From the NCBI RefSeq assembly GCF_009914755.1, contig NC_060939.1: 64,000 bases of DNA; one strand, given 5' to 3'. Below, in pieces: positions 28,178 to 41,819 of this stretch. Numbering within the stretch: position 1 is the first letter of the stretch; each line of letters starts with the position of its first letter. The position numbers and the translations under genes are program-made. The DNA is from the human T2T-CHM13v2.0 reference genome, Homo sapiens. The notes below the pieces were generated by a model. It did no database searches and was not told the origin of the DNA. It saw only the letters and a program-made list of their open reading frames with translations.

Positions 28178-31100
28178 CTATGATATTTTCACCAATGTCC
28201 CTCATTGTGCTTCTCAGCCCTGTTGGTGAGGGTGTCTGCCCAGGTGATGCCGGCACCTCCCGACTCTCCCCTGTGTCCCACTTTTGGAGTCATCCTGCCT
28301 CTGGCAGCCCTGTTCTTTTCCCTTCATTGTGTCTCCATCTTCTGTGGCAAAGTCTGTGGACTATAATAACTTCAACCCTCGTCAGTTTAATTGTTGCAAT
28401 TGGCCCTCAGAGAATCCAGGGAATGAGAGTGGCTCTCACTGCCTGGTGATGAGGCCAGCAAGATCTTTCAGCAGCTCCAGCCTGGCACTGCCAGGTTCCA
28501 CAGACATGGCTGTGCAGAAATGGTGCTAACATGCTTTCCGCATGAAGGACGGAGGCCTAGATGCCTGGGGCGGTCACCGTGGGTGGAAGATGCTCTTGAC
28601 AAGCATCTATATTGGTGCCTGGGTTCCAGGGAGCTGCACCATGCCACGCTTCCATTGTTCCTTATAGCCTGATGGGGCTGCAAGAGCTTGCCTGCATCTG
28701 GATTCCTCTGCCTGGGAGGGATGTACATTTCACCCAAGCCCAGGGGAGGGACCAGCCGCAGGGGCTGGAGACTGCAAGGAGCCTCGAGGTTGGCTGTCTG
28801 ATTGCAGGCACAGGAGAGCAAGGCGTTTGGAGTCGGAGACCCATGTTCTGGTTCTAGCCCAACTGCCTGGTTGGTTGCCCTTGGGCAAGTTCTGCACACT
28901 GAGTGTCAGTTTCCTCTTCAGCACAATGGAGATGCATAGCTGTGTGTGGGCCACAGTGAGCATGGGAGCCAGTGGGCACATCAGGACAAACCTTTGGCAA
29001 ATGCCTAGCACACAGCACTCCTTGTCCAAGTCAGTCCCTTGCAGAGTGGTGTAAAGCATCACGGATACAATGTGCCTCATCAGTAATACGAAGGAGATGG
29101 GGTCACCTCCCAGCTGGACTTGGTATTATTCAGTGTGCTATCTCCATCCATCTTTAAGAGTCTGGCCTTGCCAAGATGCCTAGGGCATCTGGCTGTGTGG
29201 AACTCGGGCACCTCTGGGTGGCCAAGTGAGTTTTGTGCTTCCTCCCAAATTCTCCATCAGATTTTGTTTGCTTGCTAAACTCATGAGGAATGCCTGCATT
29301 GTGCATGTCACAGGGTTAAGGGCGTCAGTTACAGTCTAGGAGGAAGGAGAGAGCCACACCTGCCAGGGTCCCAGGGGAGCCAGGCCAGCCCCGAGAATAC
29401 TCCAGAATAGAAACCAGGAGACATGAGCTCAGTGCCAGCTCCTAACCCCTATCTTCCCTCCCTGGGCCTCAGTGTCCTCTCCTCTAACATGGGGGTCATG
29501 GTGTATTTTCCCTGAATCCCATGCAGGGCTGATGGGAGGAGGGGTAGTCAGTGACTCTCCCAGTGTGTCCAGGGGACAGTGCTGATAGAGGTCAAGACCT
29601 GGGATGGTCTAGGCTTACAGCCTGCAGCCCTGGTTGCACCTCTGGCTAGGCAGGCCTGAGTCGCCAAGGTAGAAACAAGATGAGGGGGAATTGCAATCTG
29701 AATATTGATTCTCCCTCCTCTATCCAGGAAGAGCCCAGGGCAGTGGGTTTGGGTTACAGACTTGTGGTTCAGTCCCATGTCTGGGAGCTCAGGCAGGTCA
29801 GCTGTGACCCTGCAGCCTCCATCAGTAAAGTGGAGGTGATTGTGCCCACCTGTGTGAGTTAACACTTCTTTGGCTGCAAATAACAGAAACCAGCCCCAGC
29901 CTGTGAGGTGCCTCACAGGATCCTGTGACCGTGTGGACCCTGCAGGCAGAGACGCTGCCAGGCTCTGGGTGTAATGGCCCCAGGGTCTCCAGTGCCGTCA
30001 CGACCCCCCGCCTGCCTGCCTCTGGACAGCACCTCCTGCTCTCGGGTCCTGCACACTGGCTTTCTCTGTTGTGTCCAGTCAAATGGTGGTGAACAGCTGC
30101 CAGCAGCTACCAAGTCCACAGTGCACAGCCTAGGACGCTGGGTCCCCTCCATGTCTGTCCCCTGTGATTCTCCCTGTCAGGCAACCACCCTAAACCAATC
30201 AACAGTGGCTTGGGACAAAGGCAGTGGGTCCAGGTCGCTTCCCTTGCAGGTGGGGTAAAGTATCGGGGATACAACATGCCTCAGCAGCAGCAGGAGACGA
30301 GGTCACCTCCCAGCTGAGGAGGGCAGGAGAGGCCGGCATCTCCACCGGAGCTGAGTATGGCTGCAGCTGAGCAGCCCTCTCCCCTCGCCTACCGGGGCAC
30401 TTGGGCAAACTGCCTCCCTGCAGTGCGGCCATCCGCCCTTCTGGAATGTGGAGGAACGCCTCTACGCTCCCTCCTGCAGTTCCGCTCTGCTTGTTCCAGA
30501 ACAGATGATAACAGAGATGGAGCATATGGGCCCCAAAGTCACCCGGCATTCTGGGAAAGTGACACTGTGTTACCCCGGGCGTGGGGGGAGGGGCCCGTCA
30601 CTCGTGAGCACAGCTTCTCCCTTTGTTCTTTAGAAGGGCACGAGGTCGCCCCTCCTGAGCCTCCTGAGAGGAAGTGTGCACGCTTGGACTTTGGGAAGGA
30701 TTTCCTCTGTCTAGGCAGCGATTTGGGAAAGCAGCCGTGGGGTGGGCATATATATGGGGAGGAGAACACTTGGAAGCCAAAATCCAGTCCTTCCTGGGCC
30801 TCTCCTGCTCAGGCCCCAGACCAAACCTCTGCCATCCACAGGGCCACACCCAGCCTGGCCTCCATGGCCCCTGTGCCCTTAGGGGTCCTGCAGGTGTGTC
30901 AGGAGCCTCCCAGAGTGCTATGAGCAGATTATGGGAAGTACCCAGCTGGGCTCCAGGCCTAGCTCCACCCCAGTCTCAGCGGGTCCCTGCCCGGGGTTGA
31001 GTGCCTTGGCATCTTCGAAGCCGAGTTTCCTCCTCCTCCTCGCAGCTCTGACAGTGCTCTGTGTGCCTCTGAGATAGACCCACGCAGGGTGTCCCCAGGG

Positions 31101-32505
31101 CAGGTTTCCCAACCTCGAATGAGAAGGTTGGGGGCGGGCACTGCATCAGCCTAGGATGAGGCGGCCTGAGCATTCTCCTGTCCCCCACAGTTCTGACCTG
31201 TGGTCCAGAGGGGCCATGCCGTCCCCTGCTCTACCCAGGCCTGGTCCTTGACAGCCCCTGCAGGCGCTGAGGTTGGGACAGCCAGGGTCCACATCCCTCC
31301 TGGCTTTGTGATGAGCTCGTGGCGAGGCCATGCGGCTCTTTAAGCAGCCTCTCTAGGGCTGCAGTCAAGGCTGGGGTGTGCTGGGAAAGCAACCCTGAAA
31401 GCCCAGCCTGTGCAGGTGGAGGACAGGCCCAAGAGGGGCTGAGGAAGCTGGAGGGAGGAGAGCTGGGGGGAGCGAGGAAGCGGCCGCTGGACAGGGAGGG
31501 AGAAGAGCTGGGGGCAGGCACATGGCGCCCTCATCTCCCCCATTCTCTCTCCTCGCTATGGCTCCCCGAGTCTCACCATGCAAGCTGCACAGTTTTGGGT
31601 AGGAGAGGAAGCCACTTGGTGTAAGTTCCTGGGCAAGAAGCCACTTGGTGAAGAGGAAGAAAAAGAAGGCTTTTCACTTTTCCTTTCACCTCTGACTGTG
31701 GTCTGGTAACCCTGGGGTTGTCCCTGCTTTTTTCTGACCTTCCCTGGGAATTCCCAGGAGGCCCTAAGATTGTGGATGTAAATCTTGGTGCTTCAGGACA
31801 GCAGAGAAGAGAACTGGCTAAATAGAATCTGGTCTGCCTGTGTGATAAGTGGGTTAGAACCAGAGGCAGGCCACAGGGCAACAGGGCCGGCCCCTCCAGA
31901 GTCCAGCCCCCAATGGAACTTCTCACCAGGAACCCAGAGATCCTGTGCACAGCCCAGCACATTCCTCCCCCTCCCCACTTCCCCTGACATGTTTGCCTTC
32001 CCTCCAATTGCAGGTGGTGACTTCTTTTTATAGGAGAGCTGTAGACAAAGGAGAAAGCTAAAAGGGATTGACATAGCCTCTGACGAGATGATTCTTTGGT
32101 CTCTGGGCACCAACTGAACCGGAAAGCTGGCAACACAGTGCCAGGCCTCGGCTGACTGGCCGTGCGAGTGATGCCGGGCAGAGGAAGGGCCAGGCAGAGT
32201 GTGCAGCGAAGACAGGCCCTCGCCCTTAAGCACCTTCCAGGCTAGTGCGAGCCTCAGGAAGAGGTGGCAGAGTCTGAGATGTGCCAGCCAGCACTCCACA
32301 CGCTTGGTGCTGACTACCAGTATGTCACTGCTCGTCCCTGGGCCTCAATTATCTAGGCCGTGAAATGGAGCTGATAGCCTCCCTCGTTACCTCACAGGGT
32401 TACTGGGGAAAGAGATCAGATCCAGGCTGAGGGCAGGCCCTGGAAAGTACAATGAGCGCGGGAGTCCGAGGACTGCCTGTCACAGCCTCCTCCTCTTCCC
32501 CGCAG

Positions 32506-32610
32506 GGCCACCCGTTCATCGTGCAGTTCAATGATGGAAATGCCGCCGTGGTGTCCATGTGGGTGTGCCGGGCGCTGGAGGAGAGGCGGAGCCAGCAGGG
32601 GCCCCCGTGA
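32506..32610 (+). CDS. MAP2K5: MAP2K5 (MEK5) terminal coding exon, GHPFIVQFNDGNAAVVSMWVCRALEERRSQQGPP*
   Basis: Phase-0 acceptor cgcag|GGC; translation matches the MEK5 C-terminus as I recall it; TGA at 32608-32610. Missed by the ORF track because it is a short spliced exon. Confidence 0.97.
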   Translation, partial: GHPFIVQFNDGNAAVVSMWVCRALEERRSQQGPP

Positions 32611-32975
32611 GGCTGCCGCAGGGCACTGAAAGCCCAGGACCAGTAACCAAGGAGAACAACCCACCCGTCGCCCTTCTCCGTATGCTGCCTGCGCCAGAAG
32701 AGCTTTGCTGGGCCCTGGCTTCCCTGCCCTCGCCTTCACCTCTGTCAGCAGGTGGCCTTGCCTGGGGAGCCCCATGTGTGGCCCACCCCACCAGGCCATC
32801 CCCATACCTTCTGGTTTGAAGGCGCTGACACTGGCAGAGAGGTAAAGGGTGGGGCATTGAGAATGGAGGCTCCCAGGGTCCCTGCCCACTTCTGTTTTCC
32901 TAATGTTTTTCTCTATAAAGGGTCAGGCCCGTCAGCATCACTGATGGGAATAAAAGTATTAATGCTTTGTGACAG
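32611..32975 (+). other. MAP2K5: MAP2K5 3'UTR (3' end approximate)
   Basis: Between the stop codon and the AATAAA; cleavage inferred ~20 nt downstream. Confidence 0.8.
32949..32954 (+). terminator. MAP2K5: MAP2K5 polyadenylation signal AATAAA
   Basis: First AATAAA after the stop, followed by GU-rich sequence (gagttgtgtggt). Confidence 0.85.
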
Positions 32976-33469
32976 CCTCTGCCATAAGAGTTGTGTGGTC
33001 CAGGGGGTCTGTGACCCCCCCCAGGGCTGGGGGCAGGTGGGATCTCCACTTCAGCAGGGATGTGTGTGACAGTGCCTGCTGCCTGCCCAGGCACCTGCAA
33101 GCCTCCTGCTAGCTCCTCGCAGTTGTGCTGAGGCCCACAGCCCAGCTCCACTGTCAGATGAGAAACAGAAGCACGGAGGCATTGGGATGGGTCCCATGGC
33201 AAGGAGTAGGCCCGGATCTCAGGCCCCCGCCATGAGCTCCTTACTGGACTGCCAGACACATCCACCTGACCTGCGTGGCTGAGGAGGGAGTGGGCTGTTC
33301 TGAGAGGCCCTTCTCCACCCCAGCCCCACCCCTGCTCCTCACTGCCCTTGACCCCACACCTGCCACCTCTCACCTCTCAGGAAATCCCCTCAGCCACATG
33401 CCAGGTAAGCCTGGCTACCCCCATTTTGCAGGTGAGGAGCTGAGGCTCCAAGGGGCTCAGGATTCCACT

Positions 33470-33770
33470 TGAAGGTCTGAATAGCATCTCAACACGTCCA
33501 GAAGCAAATTCCTAATCCCCCACCCCACCCAGACCTCCTCCTACTGCTTTCCTGTGTCAGTAAATGGCATCTCCATCCTCCCAGTGCCCAAGCCATTTGG
33601 CACTCCCTAAAATGCCAGGACATGGCTTTGACTCCCTTTTCACACCCACATCCAGTCCTGCTGTCTTTGCCTTCAAAGAATATTGGTTCCATCACCCAAA
33701 ATTCTCTCTTGACTCCAGCCAGTTGGTCTTCTTGCTGCTCCTTGAACATCCGGGCACATAACCACCCAGG
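33470..33770 (+). mobile_element. L2 fragment
   Basis: catctcaacacgtccagaagcaaattcctaat...tcagtaaatggcatctccatcctcccagt is L2-like. Confidence 0.55.
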
Positions 33771-33902
33771 GTCACAGCAGAGACGTCTAGCCATGGAAGG
33801 TTCACACTCCCTCCACAGGGTACCGCGTTGCTAGGGAGCCACTGCCCAGCTGGGCTTCCATCTCATGGGTGGGATTGGTGCTATTATAAAGGGTGAGTTT
33901 GG

Positions 33903-34196
33903 AGCCAGGCACAATGGCTCTCGCCTGTAACCCCAACACTTTGGGAGGTCGAGGGGGGAGGATTGCTTCAGCCCGAGTTCAAGACCAGCCTTAGCCAACA
34001 TAGTGAGACCCTGTCTCTAACAAAACTTAAAAAATTAGCAGGGTGTGGTGGTGCATGCCTGTGGTCCCAGCTACTTGAGAGGCTGAGGTGGGAGGATCTC
34101 TTGAGCTCGGGAGGTTGAGGCTAAATGAGCCGTGATGGCACCACTGCACTCCAGCCTGAATGACAGTGAGACCCTGTCTCAAAAATAAATAAAAAT
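33903..34196 (+). mobile_element. AluJ, full length
   Basis: agccaggcacaatggctc...ggaggattgctt...gagaccctgtctcaaaaataaataaaaa. Confidence 0.93.
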
Positions 34197-34269
34197 AGTG
34201 AGCTAGGGATCAATTATTTTGATGGGGTTTTATATGTTACTAGCAGCTAGTATTATGCCAGCTAATGTA

Positions 34270-34630
34270 GGCCTTTGCATTTGGTACCTGGAGCATGCTT
34301 CCCTCATGCATCCACATGGCTCACCTCTATACCCTTCAGGTCTCAGCTCAAATGGCATCTCAGTGAAACCTACTTAACCACTCTAAAATCGCACCCCTCC
34401 CGCACCTGCCCTGGGGCCGCCTGTGCCCATTGCTTGCACCATTTTCCTCTACTGCATTCAGAACTGTGTGACACATCACTAATTTTACTTATTTTCTCTT
34501 CTGTCTCCTTCCTCTTCTGCCCTTCATTAGAATGGGGTCTCCACAAGGGCAGAAATTCTAGTCTTTTTCACACTGTATCCCCAGTACAAAGAACAAGGCC
34601 TCAGCTCTGCACAATAAATGTGTGTGGGTC
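34270..34630 (+). mobile_element. L2 3' fragment
   Basis: gcctttgcatttg...tcaggtctcagctcaaatggcatc...cactgtatccccagtac...aataaatg. Confidence 0.6.
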
Positions 34631-35089
34631 AAATGGCCAAAATTGTGGAGCTGTGACTCCCAGCCCATGTGCAGTCCAGTGCCCCATGGAAGGGCACCCT
34701 ATGTGAGGCATCATGTGCTTCCCAGGGCAGAGTCGGCTCATCATCTTTTTAGTAATGCTTTTCAAGGCACAGGCTCCCAGCTTTCTCTGAGCACCTGCCA
34801 TTTCCCTGGGGTTAGGATGGTCACAGAATTGGATGGGACCCCGGCCAGGAAGACCCTGGCCCAGTGCTCAGGGCAGGGAGAACTGCGGGCAGTGCACATG
34901 ATGGACTTTCTCAGGAAGAGGCGCTCAGAGAGTGGGGAAAGCTTAGGGGCTCCCACACGGGGCTGACTACCTTGGAATGTGAATCAGCCACCACCCAGAC
35001 TAAAGCGTATCCTTATTTTGAGAAGATTCATCCAGCAAACCTGTCAGCCCCAAATCCCAAGTCAAGGGCGGTAGGAAAAGTGAGCAGGT

Positions 35090-35285
35090 ACCTTGCTGGG
35101 CAGTGTGCTTAGGGCTCACTGTATCAATTCGTTTAATCCCCACCATGATCCCAGGAGGTAGATGGTGATACGATTATTCTGCCCGTTTTACAGATGAAGA
35201 AACTGAAACACAGAGAGGCCAGGTGACTTACCCAAGGTCACCCAACAAGTAGCAAAGCACTGTTTGGGACCCAGAGCCCTGCTCT
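35090..35285 (-). mobile_element. MIR
   Basis: cccgttttacagatgaagaaactgaaacacagagaggccaggtgacttacccaaggtcac. Confidence 0.75.
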
Positions 35286-36009
35286 TAGCCACAGCTCTGA
35301 TAGTCAACTCCACACACACAGCACACATGTGCACACATGTACACACAGACACATGCCCTGTCCTCTAGCACAGAGGCTCCCAAACTCTGGTTTGCCAAGA
35401 TAATGTTAGTACCTTTGGGAACGGGCCAAGGATCTCTTTGACCAGCTCCCCAGGGATACAGGTGCAGAGCGCCCCACAACAGCACTGAGAAACACTGCTC
35501 CAGACGCATGCTTTGGCCTGGAGACCAACTTTCAGGGTGATCTTGAACAAAGCACGTCTCCTGTCTGAGTCTGTTTCCTCATCTGTCAATGTAGGGGTTG
35601 ACCTCACGGTGTCCTGGAGCTGCTCCCAGTCCTGATGTCCCAGAGCAGAGTTCTCACCATTTGGGTTCATCCTGTGAGCATCCTTGCCCCCAAATTACAT
35701 CACCCACATGCATGCATGCACAGAATTTTGTTCACAACTCTACGGTTTGTGGAGACCCTGGAGCTCACTCACTCATGACCCCCTGTCAAGGGCCCCTACT
35801 TTGGGGCAGCCCCCAACTATAAATTCCCCTCTGCCTTGAAGTCGAGAAGATGGGGAGCTGAGTGACCCCTGAGGGGTTCTCCTGCTAACACCCCTCTGGC
35901 CGGAGGCAGGTCCCTCTTTGGCCTGTTGAAGTGATTCCTCTAGTCACCGTTGGGGGCCAGAGGCCAAGCTGCCCCTGCCCTCAGAGGTCGCGGGAAGGCT
36001 AAGACCTAG

Positions 36010-36589
<580 letters not shown>

Positions 36590-37457
36590 TAGGAGGGAGG
36601 GAAGGTAGGGTGCAGAGATGGGGCCCTCAGACCTGAGGCCCTTGGGGCCTGTCACTGTCCTGCTCGAATCTCTTGCTCCAATCCTCAATATCGCCCACTC
36701 ACTTTCTAACTGGAGCTTCTGAGAGACCAAACCCTCACTGGAGGCAGCCTCAGGCCTCTCAGACCTTCAGGGGAGCCTAGAAGGAAGTGTTTCCAGGACA
36801 GGAGGATCCTCACGGGGCCCCAGTTCACAATGACAGGCAGGTGCCTCCTCTGCTTCTAGGTCTCTGGCTTGAAGGCCAGGAGGCCCTCTCACACTCAGCC
36901 CATCGTCCCTGCTTCTGTCTTTGGTTTTCACATGTGGGGAATGCAGGATACAGAATCCCAGGGCTTTGGAGATGTTCCAACAGGTCCACTGGGGCAGAGG
37001 AAGGAGAGGTGGAACCCTCTTCTCCAGATGTGGCGGGGACCTTGTGGTCCAAAGTAGTGTGACCCAGAGCCCCTACCCAAGGCCCAGCCCAGTTAGGGGG
37101 TTGGTCAGGCCAGTGAGGTGAAATGGATGGTACAGCCTCACTGAGGGAAGCTGCGGGTGCCCTGCCTGAACAGACCTGCATCTTTGGGGAGGCATATGCT
37201 TCCAGGTGTCTGCACACTCAGGCCAGTGGAACCTCCAGGTGAAGCCTCGGGATGATGCTGGGTCTGCAGGCTGGCAGCCCCTGGGGCCCCACAGGGTGGT
37301 TCAGAAGGGACTGGACAGCGGCTTCCACATGGGATGGAGCCCAGAGAGGGCCATGATGCCACCTCAAAGATACCTTCTGTCCCCCTGACTGCTGCCCAAA
37401 CTCCCCCTTGGAGCTTCAGCCTTTAGCTAAGTCTGGCCCCTATTAGAATGGGAGCCT

Positions 37458-37750
37458 GGCCGGGCACGGTGGCTCTCATCTGTAATCCCAGCACTTCGGG
37501 AGGCTGGGGCAGGCAGATCACTTGAGCTCAGGAGTTTGAGGCCAGCCTGGGCAACATGGCAAAACCCTGTCTCTACAAAAATTAGCCAGGCGTGGTGGCA
37601 CATGCCTGTAGTCCCAGCTACTCAGGAGGCTGGGGTGGGAGGATCACCTGAGCCTGGGAGGGGGAGGGTGCAGTGAGCTGTGATCGCGCCACTGCAATGC
37701 AGCATGGGCGACAGAGTGAGACCCTGTCTCAAAAAAAAAAAAAAGGAAAA
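37458..37750 (+). mobile_element. AluJ (Jb-like), full length
   Basis: ggccgggcacggtggctc...gagaccctgtctc + A tail; imperfect TSD agaatgggagcc / agaatgggaacc. Confidence 0.93.
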
Positions 37751-39199
37751 CCAGAATGGGAACCGTGTTCTCAGTCACAGAAATGTCCATGAGAAAGAGG
37801 GGCATAGAGGGAGGATGGAGGGAGGGAAAGACGGCCCCAAGTCCCAGGGTGAGGGAGGGAGGTAGTGCCCAGCAGGTGGGCAGAAGGGCGTGGAGAGGGG
37901 AGCTGCACCAATGGCTCACAGCAGCCCAACTCCATTCCTGGGGCCAGGTGGACCCCCAGGACTGCACCTGGACCGGGTCCCAGCTCCTACTTTGGGGGAT
38001 CGGGTGTTTTCACTTCATGAGGCCGGAGGAAGCAGTTCAATCAAAGCGCAGGTGAGAGGCCAAAGGAGGAGGCTGAGGCTGGCATCAGCTCCAAGGTGCT
38101 GTGGCAAAGGCAATAGGCGTGGTGATGTGGGGTCAGGAATAGGGAGGAGGAGCAAAGAGGTCTGCAGGGGGAGCCAGGCCAGGGGAAGCAGTAAACCGCT
38201 CAGGATGTCTGCCCTGAGCCTGGTCCTTGGTGGGTGCTGGCTGCTCATATAGGAAGTGGGACGAGGTCAGTGGCTTCCATGGCAGAGCAAGGCTGCCGTG
38301 GCGCTTGCCGGCTTTGTCATGACTCCTTTCCGCCTTGGCAGAAATCACATCCTCGACCCACCAGAGATGCTCTTCAACTAGTGGGCAGGCAGGGCGGGCT
38401 GTAGCTGGCAGTGGGTGGAGCCCCTGAGACAGCCTGGGCTGGCACGAGCCACAGGAGTGGATTATTATGCGGGGCAGGGAGGCAGCAGAGCCCAGACCTC
38501 ATAATGACAAATTTTCTGCTGAACAACCACAAATATTCGCTGTGACTTTGGACAGAGTCTGAAAAAGACTTTGTTTCCTCCCTTGGCGGTATCATTTGTC
38601 TTGTTTTGAAGCCACGAGATTGCAGGCGCGAACTTATAGACTCAAGTTTGTCTTAATTGCTGTGGTGTCACCACCTCTCTGGCAGATAACAGCACAATGA
38701 ACGAGTCGATGGGGCTGAGCCCTCCAGGTCCTTCTTCTAAAGTGAGACAAATGTCCCTCCTATAAGCCCAACAGTCCATCGGCAGCTCTGTCATTTATTT
38801 ATCTCCCTAACAGTTTGCATTAACTTGCAAGGGATAAAAAGTCTCTCCTGCCTGCAGACTTAGTTAAAAGCATCCAGTCAAACTGTGCTGCTGGTCCTTC
38901 CCAGGAATTTGCTCTTTTTATCTTTTCGTCCCGCTTTGGGGAAGAGGGGTTGTAGGGAGAGCAACAGGGCAAACACTGGGAGCAATAATGAGGGCAGAAG
39001 TATGGGAATAAAGTTTTGAGATAGAAAAGAAATCCTATTTGTCTTGTAATATGAGTTGCACGTGGCAAACTGCCTTCACACTGGTCTCATTGGTCTCCCA
39101 GCTCCCCTGCAAGGGCAGCAGGCAGCAGGGTCATCCCCACCTCTCTGTCTTCCAGTCCCTGTTCCCATCACAGGGGGTGACGCTCTGCTGCCTGAATGT

Positions 39200-39570
39200 C
39201 CAGAGCCCTCTCTGCCTCTGAGCCTCTGAGCCATAGCATAGGCTGTTCCCTCAGCCTGGGACACCTTCCTCCTGTCCTCTGCCTCCTGCCTAATTTCTGT
39301 TCATCCTCCAAGATTCAGCTGAAATGCAATTCCTATGGGGAGGCCTTTTCCAATACCCAACCTGATCTGGCCCACCCACAGGAGCCCAGCCCACAGGCTA
39401 CTGTCTCCCTGGAGCTCCTCTGTCGCTGCCTGACTTCTCTATATTGTCCTTCTGTGTTTTCTTACATCATCTATCTGCCTCACCTCAGTGAGAGCCCCAG
39501 GAAGGCAGGAGCTGGCTCAGGGCCTGGCATTCAGGAGACGCTCGAGAAACAGTGGTTAAATAAATGAAGG
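39200..39570 (+). mobile_element. L2 3' fragment
   Basis: ctccaagattcagctgaaatgcaattcct...cagggcctggcattcaggagacgctc...aataaatgaa. Confidence 0.5.
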
Positions 39571-39644
39571 GGAAGGCAGGGTGGGAGGGGCTTCAGGAAA
39601 CTTCAGGGACCTGCCCCTGCCTGCCTCCAGCCATCTAGGTACAA

Positions 39645-39950
39645 GTTATTTACTTACTTATTTGTTTGAGATGGGGCCTCACTCTGTCACACATGCTGAG
39701 TGCAGTGGCGCGATCTCGGCTCACTGCAGCCTCAGCCTCCTGAGCTCAAGTGATCTTTCCCCTTCAGCCTCAGTCCCCTTAGCTGGGACTACAGGCATGC
39801 ACCACCATGCATGGCTTATTTTTAAAGTTTTTGTAGAGATGAGGGCTCACTGTGTTGTCCAGGTTGGTCTCAAACCCCTGGCCTCAAGCAATCCTCTCAC
39901 TTCAGCCTCTCAAAGTGCTGGAATTACAGGCGTGAGCCATTGCACCCAGC
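39645..39950 (-). mobile_element. AluJ, full length
   Basis: ttatttacttacttatttgtttgagatgggg...gcgtgagccattgcacccagc. Confidence 0.92.
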
Positions 39951-40236
39951 TGGGAAGAAGATGTTTATAAAAACATCTGATGAGATTGTGGCTGCTCTTT
40001 CACTTTCTATTACTCTGTATTTTTCAAATGTAACTCAGTAAACATATATTATTTTGTAATAATAATAATTTGTTTTAGAAAATGTTAAATCTCTTGGTAA
40101 GAGTCCCAGCAAGGCAGTGGGAGAGGCGGGATTCAATGCAAGTCTCCTAATACCCAAATGGAACCCCTCTTTTCTACCCCACGGCCTCCTCGGTCCTTTT
40201 TGGCAATCCTGTGGGGGAGGCAGAAGAGTGTAGCTA

Positions 40237-40554
<318 letters not shown>

Positions 40555-40569
40555 GAATGTAGCTATGAA

Positions 40570-40710
40570 GGGCATGGGCTTGGAGTTACACAGACCTGGG
40601 TTCAAGTCTTGGGTCCTCCATTGACTCACTGTGTGACCCTAGGCAAGATGCCTAACCTCTCTGAGCCTCAGTTTCCTCAGTGGCAGAGTGGGGTAATTAT
40701 AGTAGTGGAT
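40570..40710 (+). mobile_element. MIR
   Basis: cagacctgggttcaagtc...ctgtgtgaccctaggcaagatgcctaacctctctgagcctcagtttcctca. Confidence 0.85.
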
Positions 40711-41199
40711 GTTGTCGATGTCATTATTAAATCATCCCTGCTACTGACCGTGCTAAGCACAAAACACTTCTAAAGGGCTGGTTTCTGGCCCCTTCCTCCC
40801 ACCAGGCACTGCTGCCCCACATACACACAGACCCGCATACAACCACTGAAGTCCTAGTGACTCCCCACTTCTTAAATATTCCTTCCTTAGGAGAAATGGG
40901 GCCTCCTTCCTCTGTGATGCAGTGGCAGCTCACGGTGATGCTCGGGGACCAACATTCTCCAGCAAATATTGTTGAGGCTTCTACCCTTCCTCCTCCCCCA
41001 CCCAGTGGTGATTCACTTCGCCCTCTGCATTTTGATGCATGAGATTCATGGGGCATGTGCCACTGCTGCACACCAGCCTGGGTGGAGTGACTGCGAGGAG
41101 GTGTTCTGTCCCCCTTACTGGAGTGAGAGTCCTAGGAGAACACAGCCTGCATCTTACAGGGAGGCAGCTGTTGCTGAAGAAACAACTTGCACTTCAGGC

Positions 41200-41385
41200 A
41201 GGTCTGGATTTGAGTCTTAGGGCTACTACTTCCTGGCTGTGTGGCTTTGGGCAAATCACTTCACCTCTCTGAACCTCAGCTTTCTCAGCTGTGAAATGGG
41301 TATGTTGGCATCATAAGATTCTTAGGAAAACAAAATGAGATGAGAGATGCCAAGAGTGCAGCACAGTGTCTGGTGCACAGTGGGG
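41200..41385 (+). mobile_element. MIR
   Basis: gctgtgtggctttgggcaaatcacttcacctctctgaacctcagctttctcagctgtgaaatggg. Confidence 0.85.
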
Positions 41386-41819
41386 ACCCAAGTTCCTTAG
41401 CTGGTGTCAATAGAAATAGAAAAGTGGCCTCCTTCTACACCACTGCCACCCCCAGCCCTAATCCTGTCCCTCTCCAACCCTATACCCTGCTTTATTTCTT
41501 TTTCACAGCAATTGTCACCATTTGGAATTATAGTAATCTTTCTTGTCCATCTCCCTGCTGGAGTGTAAACTCTAGAGAGCAGGAACTAGCTTGCCTTAAT
41601 CCCCTACTGTGTCCTCAGCTCCTGACACACAAGAGGTACTGAGTAAGTATTTGATGAATTCATGGTGTCTCTAGCACCTATGCTGGGCCTTGCTGAGGTT
41701 TCAGAGAAGTCCTGGGGAGTCTCCCTGCCCCAGTGGGGGCCGTCTGCTTGTTCACTAAAAATCCCAGCAAAGCTGGTACCATCACTCCTGGGGGAGGGAG
41801 GATACTCATTTCTCCAGAC

